A stretch of 63,306 bases of DNA, filler included, from Octopus bimaculoides (taxonomy: Eukaryota), in the NCBI RefSeq assembly GCF_001194135.2. It is 6 parts of 6 records of this genome, joined end to end, with 100 filler letters (N's around TTAATTAATTAA, not from the genome) between each part and the next. Parts side by side here need not be neighbours in the genome. Positions count along the whole stretch, not along the records: positions 1 to 5,726 come from NC_068996.1; positions 5,827 to 26,115 come from NC_068981.1; 4 more parts are not named here. One strand, 5' to 3'. Positions 1 to 10,225 of the stretch are shown piece by piece. The notes under the pieces are model-generated. The model was not told the DNA's origin, made no database searches, and saw only the letters and a list, made by a program, of their open reading frames with translations. Made by a program: the position numbers and the translations under genes. Numbering within the stretch: position 1 is the stretch's first letter; every line of letters begins with the position of its first letter.

Positions 1-137
1 TTAGGGTTAGGGATAGGGTTAGGGATAGGGATAGGGTTAGAGTTAGGGTTAGGGTTAGGGTTAGGGTTAGGGATAGGGTTAGGGATAGGGTTAGGGTTAG
101 GGTTAGGGATAGGGTTAGGGATAGGGTTAGGGTTAGG
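1..137 (+). repeat. Telomere-type hexamer array (TTAGGG with ATAGGG variants), G-strand pointing into the window
   Basis: 22 full hexamers (14 TTAGGG, 7 ATAGGG, 1 TTAGAG) plus TTAGG, then an abrupt junction to non-telomeric sequence at 138. Confidence 0.95.
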
Positions 138-260
138 ATCGAACACTCACGACTAGCTAGCTCGGACGCGCGTCTGCGCGACTGCGCGTTCGGGATCACT
201 CTGCTTTAGTAGTACCGTGTACGGCAGTGTCACTGTTACCGTATGAACTTTTAGCCAGGC
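138..260. other. CpG-rich block abutting the telomeric array, with short palindromes (CTAGCTAG, GACGCGCGTC)
   Basis: High CG density (ggacgcgcgtctgcgcgactgcgcgttcggg) against an AT-rich background. Confidence 0.7.
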
Positions 261-454
261 GATTCCAGTACAGGAAACCTGGGGGGCCCAACCAGAAGTA
301 TTCCTCACTTCCCATACCTTTCTGCAGAATAATTTATCTGGAATAATTCTGTGACAGTAAAGAGAAATCACAATAACGTTGAATAACAATGAAAATGATG
401 AACACGAAATATTTGTCACGTATGCGTTTATCAACAGAATGTAACTATAGACAT

Positions 455-1650
455 TGTGAGTATCTTAATAAAAATTTAGTCTGTTGCTTTTAAAATGTTT
501 GAGCATCTTTTCAAGTTATCTGTATAATAAAGTAATATGTATTCTTCGTTCGATGAACATGATGAGTATTTTAATAAAAAATAAGTTTTGTTATTAAGAT
601 GTTTGAGCATTTCAAATAATTTTTGTAATAAAACATTTATTCTTCATGGTAAATATTTTAATAACAAAATATTTGTTCTCAAAATGTCTGAGCATTTAAA
701 GTTACTTCAATAATAAAGCAACATTCTTCATTCGATGTTCGATATACTGCAAGAGCATGGTGAATATTTTAATAGAAATAAAATAAGTTTTGCTATTAAG
801 ATGTTTGAGCATTTTTTTAAAGTTATCTGTATAATAAAGTAATATGTATTCTTCATTCGATGAACATGATGAGTATTTTAATAAAAAATAAGTTTTGCTA
901 TTAAGATGTTTGAGCATTTCAAATAATTTTTGTAATAAAACATTTATTCTTCATTCGATGACCGACATATTGTATATGCATGGTAAGTATTTTAATAACA
1001 AAATATTTGTTCTCAAAATGTCTGAGCATTTAAAGTTACTTCAATAATAAAGCAACATTCTTCATTCGATGTTCGATATACTGCAAGAGCATGGTGAATA
1101 TTTTAATAGAAATAAAATAAGTTTTGCTATTAAGATGTTTGAGCATTTTTTTAAAGTTATCTGTATAATAAAGTAATATTATTCTTCATTCGATGAACAT
1201 GATGAGTATTTTAATAAAAAATAAGTTTTGCTATTAAGATGTTTGAGCATTTCAAATAATTTTTGTAATAAAACATTTATTCTTCATTAGATGACCGACA
1301 TATTGTATATGCATGGTAAGTATTTTAATAAAAAAATGTTTTGCTCTTGTTTTTGAGTAATTCAATAACTTTTGAAATAAAGCAACATTAATTCTTCATT
1401 CGATGTTCGATATACTGCATATGTATGCTGAGTACTTTAATAAAAGAATGTTTGTTGCTCAAAATGTCTGAGCATTAAAAATTACTTCAGTAATAAAGCA
1501 ACATTCTTTATTCAATGTTCGTTGTACGACAAGAGAATGGTGAGTATTTTGATAAAATAAAAGTTTTCCTATTAAAATGTTTGAGCATTTATTGAAGTTA
1601 TTTCTATACTAAAATATTTATTCTTCATTTGATGTTCTTTATACTATATA
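455..1650. repeat. AT-rich tandem satellite, ~104-117 bp monomers organised as a ~334-bp three-monomer higher-order repeat
   Basis: Anchor ATG(T/C)TTGAGCAT-like motif recurs at about 495, 599, 684, 801, 906, 1018, 1135, 1239, ~1350, 1464, 1577. Every third monomer is near-identical (684/1018, 801/1135, 906/1239). Confidence 0.9.
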
Positions 1651-1867
1651 TCATGGCATCTTTGGCTACAAGTATATAATGTGTCTAGGCTTGTGTGTGT
1701 GTGTATGTGTGTGTATGTGTGTGTGTGTGCTTGTGTGCGCGCGTGCAAATGTGTGCTTACGTTGCAGTCACTTATTCTCTCCATCACTTATTCTCTCTCA
1801 CTCCTCTCTCACTGGATGCCTTAATGTGGGTCTCTATCATGGATTCCCTCAGACATGCATTCTATTT

Positions 1868-1871
1868 GTCT

Positions 1872-1932
<61 letters not shown>
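1868..1932. repeat. (TATC)n microsatellite
   Basis: Direct reading. Confidence 0.95.
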
Positions 1933-1933
<1 letters not shown>

Positions 1934-1939
1934 GTCTTA

Positions 1940-2075
1940 TTTCTTTATTGCCCACAAGGGACTAAACATAGAGGGAACAAACAAGGACAGACAAAAGGAT
2001 TAAGTCGATTACATCGACCCCAGTGCGTAACTGGTACTTAATTTATCGACCACGAAAGGATGAAAGGCAAAGTCG
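1940..2075 (-). mobile_element. tRNA-derived SINE, family A (head GGCGGCGAGCTGGCAG), 3' part, cut by a gap
   Basis: Reverse complement of the shared core CGACTTTGCCTTTCATCCTTTCG.GGTCGATAAATTAAGTACCAG seen in many copies in this window. Confidence 0.85.
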
Positions 2076-2644
2076 NNNNNNNNNNNNNNNNNNNNNNNNN
2101 NNNNNNNNNNNNNNNNNNNNNNNNNNNNNNNNNNNNNNNNNNNNNNNNNNNNNNNNNNNNNNNNNNNNNNNNNNNNNNNNNNNNNNNNNNNNNNNNNNNN
2201 NNNNNNNNNNNNNNNNNNNNNNNNNNNNNNNNNNNNNNNNNNNNNNNNNNNNNNNNNNNNNNNNNNNNNNNNNNNNNNNNNNNNNNNNNNNNNNNNNNNN
2301 NNNNNNNNNNNNNNNNNNNNNNNNNNNNNNNNNNNNNNNNNNNNNNNNNNNNNNNNNNNNNNNNNNNNNNNNNNNNNNNNNNNNNNNNNNNNNNNNNNNN
2401 NNNNNNNNNNNNNNNNNNNNNNNNNNNNNNNNNNNNNNNNNNNNNNNNNNNNNNNNNNNNNNNNNNNNNNNNNNNNNNNNNNNNNNNNNNNNNNNNNNNN
2501 NNNNNNNNNNNNNNNNNNNNNNNNNNNNNNNNNNNNNNNNNNNNNNNNNNNNNNNNNNNNNNNNNNNNNNNNNNNNNNNNNNNNNNNNNNNNNNNNNNNN
2601 NNNNNNNNNNNNNNNNNNNNNNNNNNNNNNNNNNNNNNNNNNNA

Positions 2645-2760
2645 AGACTGGACCCGCGGACTGTACGCAGGAAACCACGAGATTGGTTCAACGGGCAGGA
2701 AGACGGACCAGCAAGCATTGTAGGGGGCGGACAAGGCACGTGAAGACGCGAAGGATACTG
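2645..2760 (+). mobile_element. Fragment of RTE-type LINE ORF2 (EN-RT linker)
   Basis: Translation RRKPRDWFNGQED resembles the RKHQDWFDEND motif of RTE elements. Confidence 0.5.
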
Positions 2761-2812
2761 TGGGTATTCACTACATCCCGATCTATCTCTAGTCGTCTTG
2801 ACATCGTCCTGT

Positions 2813-2904
2813 CACTGGAATGAGATAGGAAGGGACGAGAGAATGACAGATGACGTTGCACTGGAATGAGATAGGAAGGGACGAGAGAATGACAGATGAC
2901 GTTG
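2813..2904. repeat. Perfect 46-bp tandem duplication
   Basis: cactggaatgagataggaagggacgagagaatgacagatgacgttg at 2813 and 2859. Confidence 0.95.
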
Positions 2905-5385
2905 CACAAACTTTCTCCACTCTAATCCATGTCACGCGCATTCAAAACGCCATACAATCCAAGACCCATCTTCAAGTCCTGTGGTGATGGATGAATGATA
3001 AAGCAGCAGGTATGGATGCAATGGAAGCTGTAGTCACAAACCTACTTGCTGGCAGCTTAAGACATAGGGTCGCTTCCCACTGACTGAAGCAGCAGTGGCG
3101 TTCGGCAGTCCTCTGGATGTCTAACGATTACCCCTCTAATATTTGCTCTGCTCACGCCCTTGGCCTGAGGAAGGGGCTAGAAATGGTGTCCTAAACATAG
3201 CCCACTTCACCTCACCCTTGTCTGCATTCTGCAGCAGGTGGATATTCCACCCATGCAGATCGACATACCATGACGAAAGCATCGGTGACATCGCTCACGA
3301 TTGGTACATGTGATGTGTGAGCGACTATGAACATATCCAAAGCAAACAGACATGAGAGACGGACAGCATTTGTCACAAGAGAACTCGGCAGGACAAAGTC
3401 CACACTGCAGCTGTGAGCAAGACGAGGCTTGCAGACAAAGGTCAGTAACTGAAGTCAAAACCTTGTAGAGTGGCCGCAGAAGCGATGAACGTCGTGAAGC
3501 AGGAGTGGGTTTTACCAACAGGTTTAGTCTGATCAGCAACCTAACTAGCCTCCCCAAAAGACTGAATGACCAACTACGGTTTCCCCTCAGAGGAAAGCAC
3601 CATGTTACCGTCATCAGTGCCTACGCTCCCATCATAACTAACCCTGAGGTGAAAGACAAGTTTTCTCAAGATTAGGAAGTCCTTATAACAGCCGTAAAAC
3701 TAGGAATATCTCTTTATTATAAGCATAAGGCCTCGAAGAAGAGGGGACATCACAAGAACAGACAACACAAACGTGGGGTACATAAAACGTCTCGAATGTA
3801 ATATGAATATAATGAATAAGGAATGAAAGAATGCAATGGCTTACCCACTCCCCAAAGCAAGCAATTCTATTTTACTGTTCCAATAAATCGAAATTTCATC
3901 AGTCTTTTATAGCCCGCATGTAATCTATCAAGTCACCAAACTCGACAATATTCGGTAGTGTGTCGTACTGAAAGTATAATCCAGTTGTCCTTATTTTTGT
4001 TCCAAACAATTCTCTCAATCTCTCGGCTCTCTCTTTCTCCAACAGTGCTGCTCTTTCCTCGCTACCAAACACCTTTTCATCCAATCTTACTCTTATTAAA
4101 TTCTTCACCCTTGTTATCCTTTTCTCAATTTGTACATCCTTATCGTAAATAACCATCACTCTGAAATGCCGCCCAGTCTGCTGTTTCTTTGCCTCCCATA
4201 TTCTCTTTTCCTCCTTGCTTCCTCTTTTCACTCCTCATATTTCTCCTAGCAGCCGTAAGACTAGGAAGTCCTCATGGCAGCCGTCATTTTCGGCGACTTC
4301 AACACCAGAGTTAGTTACAACTACAAGACGTGGGAGGGAGTCATTGGCAAGAACAAAAGCAATGTTCATCTCCTGCTGAAGACCTGTGCATCCCATGACC
4401 TGCTGATTACCAACACAACGTTTCACCTACCCAACCGCAAAAAGACATCTAGATGCATCGACGCAGCAAACATTGGCATATAATTGACTGTCATAGTTAG
4501 GCGACTAAACAAGCGGGATGTGTGGCGCAGAGTATTGGACAGATCACAGACTCATCCTTGCAAAACTCGACATGCACACCCAGCCCAGGCAGCGACCGGA
4601 AGGGAAACCGACAAACAAATGACTAAGCATCAGCAAATTGGAACGGCAAAATGTGAAACAAAACCTTAGCATAGGAACTCAACGAAGACCATGGCAGCAA
4701 GTTGAGCCAACTCGATATTGGTACAAGGGGGGTACAAGAGGAGGAGAGGAGGATTAATGGCAAACTCTCCAACGTGCAGAAACGACATGCTAAAGTGGTA
4801 GAGGACTCGGTGCACGACTTCCTGCTCGCAGATGACGGAACATTCAATGCCACCACAGAGGCTCAAATGTAGCAGAGCATGAACTAACTTCCCTCTGCCT
4901 GCAACAACTTTGGCTCCACAATCAGTATTCATAAGGCAGAGGTCATGCATCAACCCCACCCCCGTAGAAGCCGTATGTGGAACTATCACTGTCGTAGTTG
5001 AAGGTCGATGATGAGTTCACGTACTTCGGCAGCACACTCTTCAGATCTGTGAACATCAACAAGGAAGTCGACACACATGCATCACAAAGGGAAGCTTAGC
5101 ATTCGGGCGGCTACGTGAATCTGTGTGGGAAAAGAGGCATTAGGTTGGTCATTGCCTATGCTATTGTGCGCCTACAAGATACAGAGGTCCTCTCAAGCTG
5201 ATCTGCTAAGCATTTGCACACTGCTGAGGAGAGTGCAATCTAGTTGCGCAGGTCACCTTGCTCGAAAGTCTGACACGTGACTCACCAAGAGACTGTTTTA
5301 TAGCGAACTAACGGAAGGCAAACGCACATAAAGTGGACAGGAAAGGCTTTTCGAGGATACACCTGAGAAACGCAAGCACAAAACT
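2905..5385 (+). mobile_element. Decayed RTE/BovB-clade non-LTR retrotransposon: 5' region, APE endonuclease, internally deleted RT, C-terminus. Many stops and frameshifts
   Basis: Translated motifs: SGRRSDERREAGVGF; HVTVISAYAP..NPEVKDKF; IFGDFNTRV..WEGVIG..LLLKTCASHDLLITNT.F; FLLADD; FTYFGSTL; AFGRLRESVW; AGHLAR..TKRLFYSELTEGKR. The 5' boundary is approximate. Confidence 0.92.
3707..4249 (-). mobile_element. 5'-truncated unidentified retroposed fragment inserted in the RTE, with a 110-codon open frame (3899-4231) and a 3' UTR ending AATAAAGAGATA
   Basis: Flanked by an 18-bp direct repeat CAGCCGTAA(A/G)ACTAGGAA (3689-3706, 4250-4267). The RTE reading frame resumes after it. AATAAA lies at its minus-strand 3' end. 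Confidence 0.7.
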
Positions 5386-5396
5386 GCCCTGTCCGG

Positions 5397-5485
5397 CAAG
5401 GGCCCTGGAACAGGGGGTGCAGCGGGTGCACCCGCACCACCTAGAATTTTCAGGGGGTGCAAGATCAAAATTTGCACCCCCTACA
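5397..5485 (+). mobile_element. Probable end of a hAT-like DNA transposon or MITE with GGGTGCA subterminal motifs
   Basis: agggccctggaacagggggtgcagcgggtgcacccgcacc; 10-bp hairpin gggggtgcaa/ttgcaccccc at 5453-5481. The partner end is not visible. Confidence 0.4.
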
Positions 5486-5770
5486 TAATCTTACCAGTTG
5501 CAGAAAAAAAGTGTCTAAAATCTATCGGTATAAAATGCTTAAGTTCGATCTCGTTTCAAAACAAAGAAAAAAATAAATATATAAATAAATAAAAGTGATG
5601 AAGCTAGCATAAAATTCCCTAGGGAGTTTAGGACCACTAACTTCTGAAGGCAAGTAGCGTCAAAATACAAAAAAGTAAGTGACAATAACAACAGTGGCAG
5701 CAACAATAACAACAAAACCAGCATGTNNNNNNNNNNNNNNNNNNNNNNNNNNNNNNNNNNNNNNNNNNNN

Positions 5771-5782
5771 TTAATTAATTAA
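5771..5782. other. Artificial scaffold-join spacer TTAATTAATTAA in a fixed N44-12-N44 gap. Also at 26160-26171, 38474-38485, 44934-44945, 52606-52617
   Basis: Same 12-mer, giving TAA in all six frames, centred in a 100-nt N spacer five times. Confidence 0.95.
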
Positions 5783-6839
5783 NNNNNNNNNNNNNNNNNN
5801 NNNNNNNNNNNNNNNNNNNNNNNNNNACGCACAGAAGAGTATACATAAGTATACAAACATATAAACACATATATGTTAGTATACGTCGATATAGATATAG
5901 ATATACATATATATAAAGATATATATATGCATATACATACATATTATACAAACACACATATACACACACATACACAAGCACACCTTTTAATATAATATAT
6001 ATTTACGCATAGTAATATATAAATACATATAAGTTAGTGTACGTCGATATAAATATAGATATACATATACATATGCATATACATACATATTTATACATAA
6101 ACACACACGCATATACACACACCCACATATATAAACACACATTTTAACATGATATATATTTACATTTATAATGAGTATATGCACACACATACGCATATGT
6201 AAATAGACATATATACACATGAGTGTCTATGTGTGTCTGTGCTTGTAATATCTATCTATATGGCTTCAGTGACACTGGAACCTCTAATATCTCTCCTATG
6301 CGCCCATGTCTTCTAGAAGCCTTACACTGTCTTTTGACATAGAACGGAGCTAGCATCTCTTTATAACATTGTTTATTTTAGTATAAACATTAATGGAGTT
6401 GATCAATGCCTGAAGGTATTCGTGCGTAGCTATTCTTAGTAACAAATGCAAATTAAATGAACGCATCGAAATGCACCTCCAGAATCTCAGATAATTAATG
6501 AAGTCTTTTAACAGGGAAGGGTTTTATTTATTTATCTATTTATTTATTTTTCATTTATTCATTTATTTATTTATTTATTTATTTATTTTGAAAGAAATGA
6601 TAAACGTATTTGAAATTAATTAGTTTCAGCTGCTATAGTAAAGGTAATCAATTTGAAATACCTAGATCAACCCGCATGAAAGAAATAATTTGTTTCATGC
6701 GTGAGTGATGTTTTTTCTCGAATTTTTTCCCCCTTTTGAAGCGTTATATAAAAACGAAATTTCAGATCTTATACAAAAGAAAGATAAAATTATTATTCTT
6801 GTTATTAAATATTCATTTTTACTATAGGAACAATGGGTT

Positions 6840-7000
6840 AAATTTTAGGGGGAACAGCTTCATCATTACATTGACGTTAGTGCTTGACTTATTTTAACGA
6901 TCCCGAAGCGATATGTTCGACCGCGGAAGAATTTGAACTCAGAACGCAAGGAAGGATGAAATACGGTTCGCATTTTCACTGGCTCATGCTACCAACTCGC
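6840..7000 (-). mobile_element. Degenerate SINE family A
   Basis: gaatttgaactcagaacg is the reverse complement of the B-box region. Confidence 0.6.
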
Positions 7001-7040
7001 TGCTCCAGTCTGGTGAGCTAACATTAATGCATTAACGAAA

Positions 7041-7256
7041 GGCGGCGAGCTGGCACAGTCGTTAGCAAGCTGGACGAAATGCATAGCGGTATTTCGTCCG
7101 TCGCTACGTTCTGAGTTCAAATTCCGCCGAGGTCGATTTTGCCTTTCATCCTTTCGGGGGTCGATAAATTAAGTACCAGTGTAATTCTAGGGTCGATGTT
7201 ATCGACTAGTCCCCTCCCACCAAAAAACTTCAGGCCTTGTTCCTATAATGGAAAAT
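7041..7256 (+). mobile_element. Full-length SINE family A with 18-bp TSD
   Basis: Head GGCGGCGAGCTGGCACAGTCG, B box GAGTTCAAATTCC. TSD ATTAATGCATTAACGAAA at 7023-7040 and 7257-7274. Confidence 0.93.
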
Positions 7257-7274
7257 ATTAATGCATTAACGAAA

Positions 7275-7460
7275 AATGCGATCTGGCGGGAACGTTACAC
7301 ACAGGGGAAAATACTTAGCGGTTATTCTTCCGATATTGCAGAAGTAAAACTTGCCTTTTACTTTGTATGGGGTCGATACATACTAGTTGAGTACTGAGGC
7401 CGATGTAATCGATTTGATCCCTTCCCCCAATTTCTAACCTTGTGTCTATAGCAGAAAGAA
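7275..7460 (+). mobile_element. Older degenerate SINE family A
   Basis: Remnant motifs ggggtcgat, gatgtaatcga, accttgtg. Confidence 0.6.
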
Positions 7461-7463
7461 ATA

Positions 7464-7790
7464 GGCGCAGAAGTGGCTGTATGTAGCTTGCTTACCAACC
7501 ACGTGGTTCCGGGTTCAGTCTCACTGCATGGCACCTTCAGCAAGTATCTTCTACTATAGCCTTGGACCGACAAAAGCCTTGTGAATGGATTTGGTAGATG
7601 GAAACTGAAAGAAGCCCTTCGTATATATATATATATGTCTGTGTGTATGCTTGCGTGTCTGTATTCGTCCCCCTACCACCACCACCAACATCGGTTGACA
7701 ATCGATGTTTGTGCGTTTACGTCCCCGTAACTTAGCAGTTCGGCAAAAGACCGATAGAGTAAGTACTAGGCTTACAAATGACTGTAACAT
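7464..7790 (+). mobile_element. tRNA-derived SINE family B (head GGCGCAGGAGTGGCTGTGTGG, central GCACCTTGGGCAAG, internal microsatellite)
   Basis: Matches the other B copies in the window (12691, 16590, 38996). Confidence 0.88.
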
Positions 7791-8057
7791 GTGAAAAAGT
7801 AAAAGATTAAATATCAAGTTTTTAAACATATATTTCTGGTTATTTTGTTTAGAAAATTCTTCAGAAACTGCTGGCATTTATCCTTATCACCCAGATTTCT
7901 TCTTTTATTTTTCCTAAAAAGAAAAAAGAAGAAGGTCTGTTTGTGTTGTTTTTTTATTTATTTATAAGATTATAAGATTTATTTGCCAATGATAGCGTTA
8001 TCAGTTATAGGTGACAAAAGACCAACAAACTAATCTTAGTTTGCAATATGCATTGTA

Positions 8058-8175
8058 CAGGGTGACCACAAAGTCTGGATACATGGAGTAAATAAAATCA
8101 TAACATAAACAATTAAATATAGGAAATAATAATTTTCCCTTTTTAATTTTGTTCCCAGACTTTGTGGCCACCCTG
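8058..8175. mobile_element. Tc1/mariner-type MITE, 118 bp
   Basis: TIRs CAGGGTG(A/G)CCACAAAGTCTGG and a TA duplication on both sides. Confidence 0.9.
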
Positions 8176-9069
8176 TAGTATGCTTACTGCATACAACATT
8201 TCTTATGTTGCGAATGAATAATAGATGTTCCTGTCGGGAAAATATCCTTCGGTGTTTTTGTTAGTTGCACCAATTGATTTGCAAATTTCCTTCGACATGA
8301 ATACCTTTCAAGAATAGACACATATCTAGATACGTATTTGTGTATATACATACAAAGGGACAAAGGAAGCATATACATGTGTGTGTGAGAGACAGAGAGA
8401 GAAAGAGAGAGAGAGAGGCTTCTAAAAATATTTCATTTACCAGATTTCAACCCAAGACACTGGCATAAAATAGCTGCTCAAGATGTAACATCGTAAGTTC
8501 GTACCTGAAACCACTTTGTTACGAAGCAAACTATTCAACGATGCTGTGGGGTCTATAGCAAGTTGTTGATATAAATAAAATATTGATTCGTCTGTAGAGG
8601 GCTCCAAGATATTTAATTCTCAAATTAATTGTTTAGTCTACTCGACAGTAAATATGTAGCATGGGATTGAAGTTCTAATCGCTAAAGGCAGCTAGAAATC
8701 AGGAAGTTTAATTGAGTTTGCTTTACTTTGGATGTAGATTATGTGTAGACTTCGTTTCTATGAAAGTAACTTCAGTTTAAGTTTTGTCAATATAAATTTC
8801 AGTATATTTTTCTAGCTTGCTTTTTTTCATTAAAACTAGAGTGGATTTTGGCATTGTTTGTAATTTAGGGTTAGTTCTCTTTAGAATAAGAATGAGAATG
8901 CAGCATATTAAAATGAGTAAAGCTTCAATATATATTTTGCAATTACAAATGTAGGTTTAAGTTAGGTTTTGTATATAAGACTAATGAGCAACAGTTTTGT
9001 TAAGGGGTGAGTATTTCGTGCGTGCTGTATATGACATCTTACAAAGTGCACATGCTTTTAAAACACTCC

Positions 9070-9104
9070 TTGATTTTTTTTTTTTTTTTTTTTTTTTTTT
9101 GCAG
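9070..9104 (+). promoter_or_regulatory. Candidate strong 3' splice site
   Basis: TTGAT branch-like motif, then 27 T, then GCAG. Confidence 0.4.
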
Positions 9105-9844
9105 ACCATTTCTTGAATTACCAATTACCAATAACACAAAGCCTGACATCGTGATTATAATAGGCTAATTTACTGACCCATGATTTGGGGAAAAAATTGC
9201 ACAAATGCAGTACATGCGTGTCTTTCTTGTTTACGTTCTTATGTGTATAACTTATTTCAGAACAGACTCTGTTAGACTGTCTTTGTTCTAAATATACAAC
9301 ACAAAGCCAATATTCTGAGTACATAGATATATTTCACTACACCCACCCACTGTTTGTTATTGAGGAATCTAATTTGAAATATGTTGACAATAACATTCAT
9401 TGAATTATTTGTCTATTGTTTCTGATTGCTACAGATTTGCAGAGATATTAAAAAATGGTAGCCTTATGAATCTTCTGTATGGAGAATTATATATTGTATA
9501 CGTATATAATTATGTACAAAATTATGTCTATTAGTACTAAATATAATCAATAATACATTCTCTTATAATTATAAAAGTATATATCAAACATATTGTGGTT
9601 AGTGGAATTGCAATATTCATTTCCAGACTAATAACGACCAAATATTACAACACGCTTTACAACATTCCTGCTAAATCATTAAAGAATGTATTAATGGAAA
9701 ACAGTCATACCTAATACAATATACAGAACAGTATTTGTAAACTTATACTCTCCTTTTTATTCATGATGTTTATGAGTCTGCTTATATTGAGGTGCCAAAA
9801 TATATTCAATGAACTCATCATAAATATTATGTACACGTACATTA

Positions 9845-10040
9845 AGGCGGCGCGCCAGCAGGATCATTCGTGCATTGGACAAAATACTTTGCAGTATTTC
9901 GTCCGGTTTAATGCTTTGTGTTCAAACTCCATCAAAGTTGAATTTGCATTTCATCCATCTGAGATGATAAAAATAAGTATCAGTTGATATTTACCCCTTC
10001 CCATAACACTTTATAAGTATTGTGCTTATAGTAGAAAGGA
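9845..10040 (+). mobile_element. Degenerate SINE family A
   Basis: ggcggcgcgccagcagg head, gttcaaactcc B box, agtagaaagg tail. Confidence 0.7.
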
Positions 10041-10143
10041 TCATATACACGTATATATATGTATATNNNNNNNNNNNNNNNNNNNNNNNNNNNNNNNNNN
10101 NNNNNNNNNNNNNNNNNNNNNNNNNNNNNNNNNNNNNNNNNNN

Positions 10144-10225
10144 TGGATGTTACCGTTGCTTTTAGCCCCAGGAGGACATCTCACTTAAGTGGCAATATAC
10201 TTCACGTTATCGTGCAGTTACTGTT
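10144..10225. mobile_element. Rearranged fragment of the repeat family also at 41950-42108, in (TA)n context next to a gap
   Basis: tggatgttac.gttgcttttagccccaggag is shared in direct orientation. The following cttaagtggc...gcagttactgttaa is the reverse complement of 41957-42000. Confidence 0.8.

Noticed and set aside
455-1650. CRISPR-like array
   Set aside because: Whole monomers are homologous, there are no unique spacers, and the context is eukaryotic
3156-3177. Hairpin in the RTE 5' region as part of an HDV-like ribozyme
   Set aside because: Only one short stem is visible; I could not build the nested double pseudoknot
3890-3905. CTGATGA on the minus strand as a possible hammerhead core
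   Set aside because: It is the ORF stop context (GAC TGA TGA); no stem II or GAAA follows
5771-5782. Recurrent TTAATTAATTAA palindrome (five copies)
   Set aside because: Always centred in a fixed 100-nt N spacer, with stops in all six frames: an artificial join
5827-6125. Local duplication of TA/CA-rich sequence containing acgtcgatat
   Set aside because: Low-complexity sequence at a contig edge; probably allelic or slippage duplication
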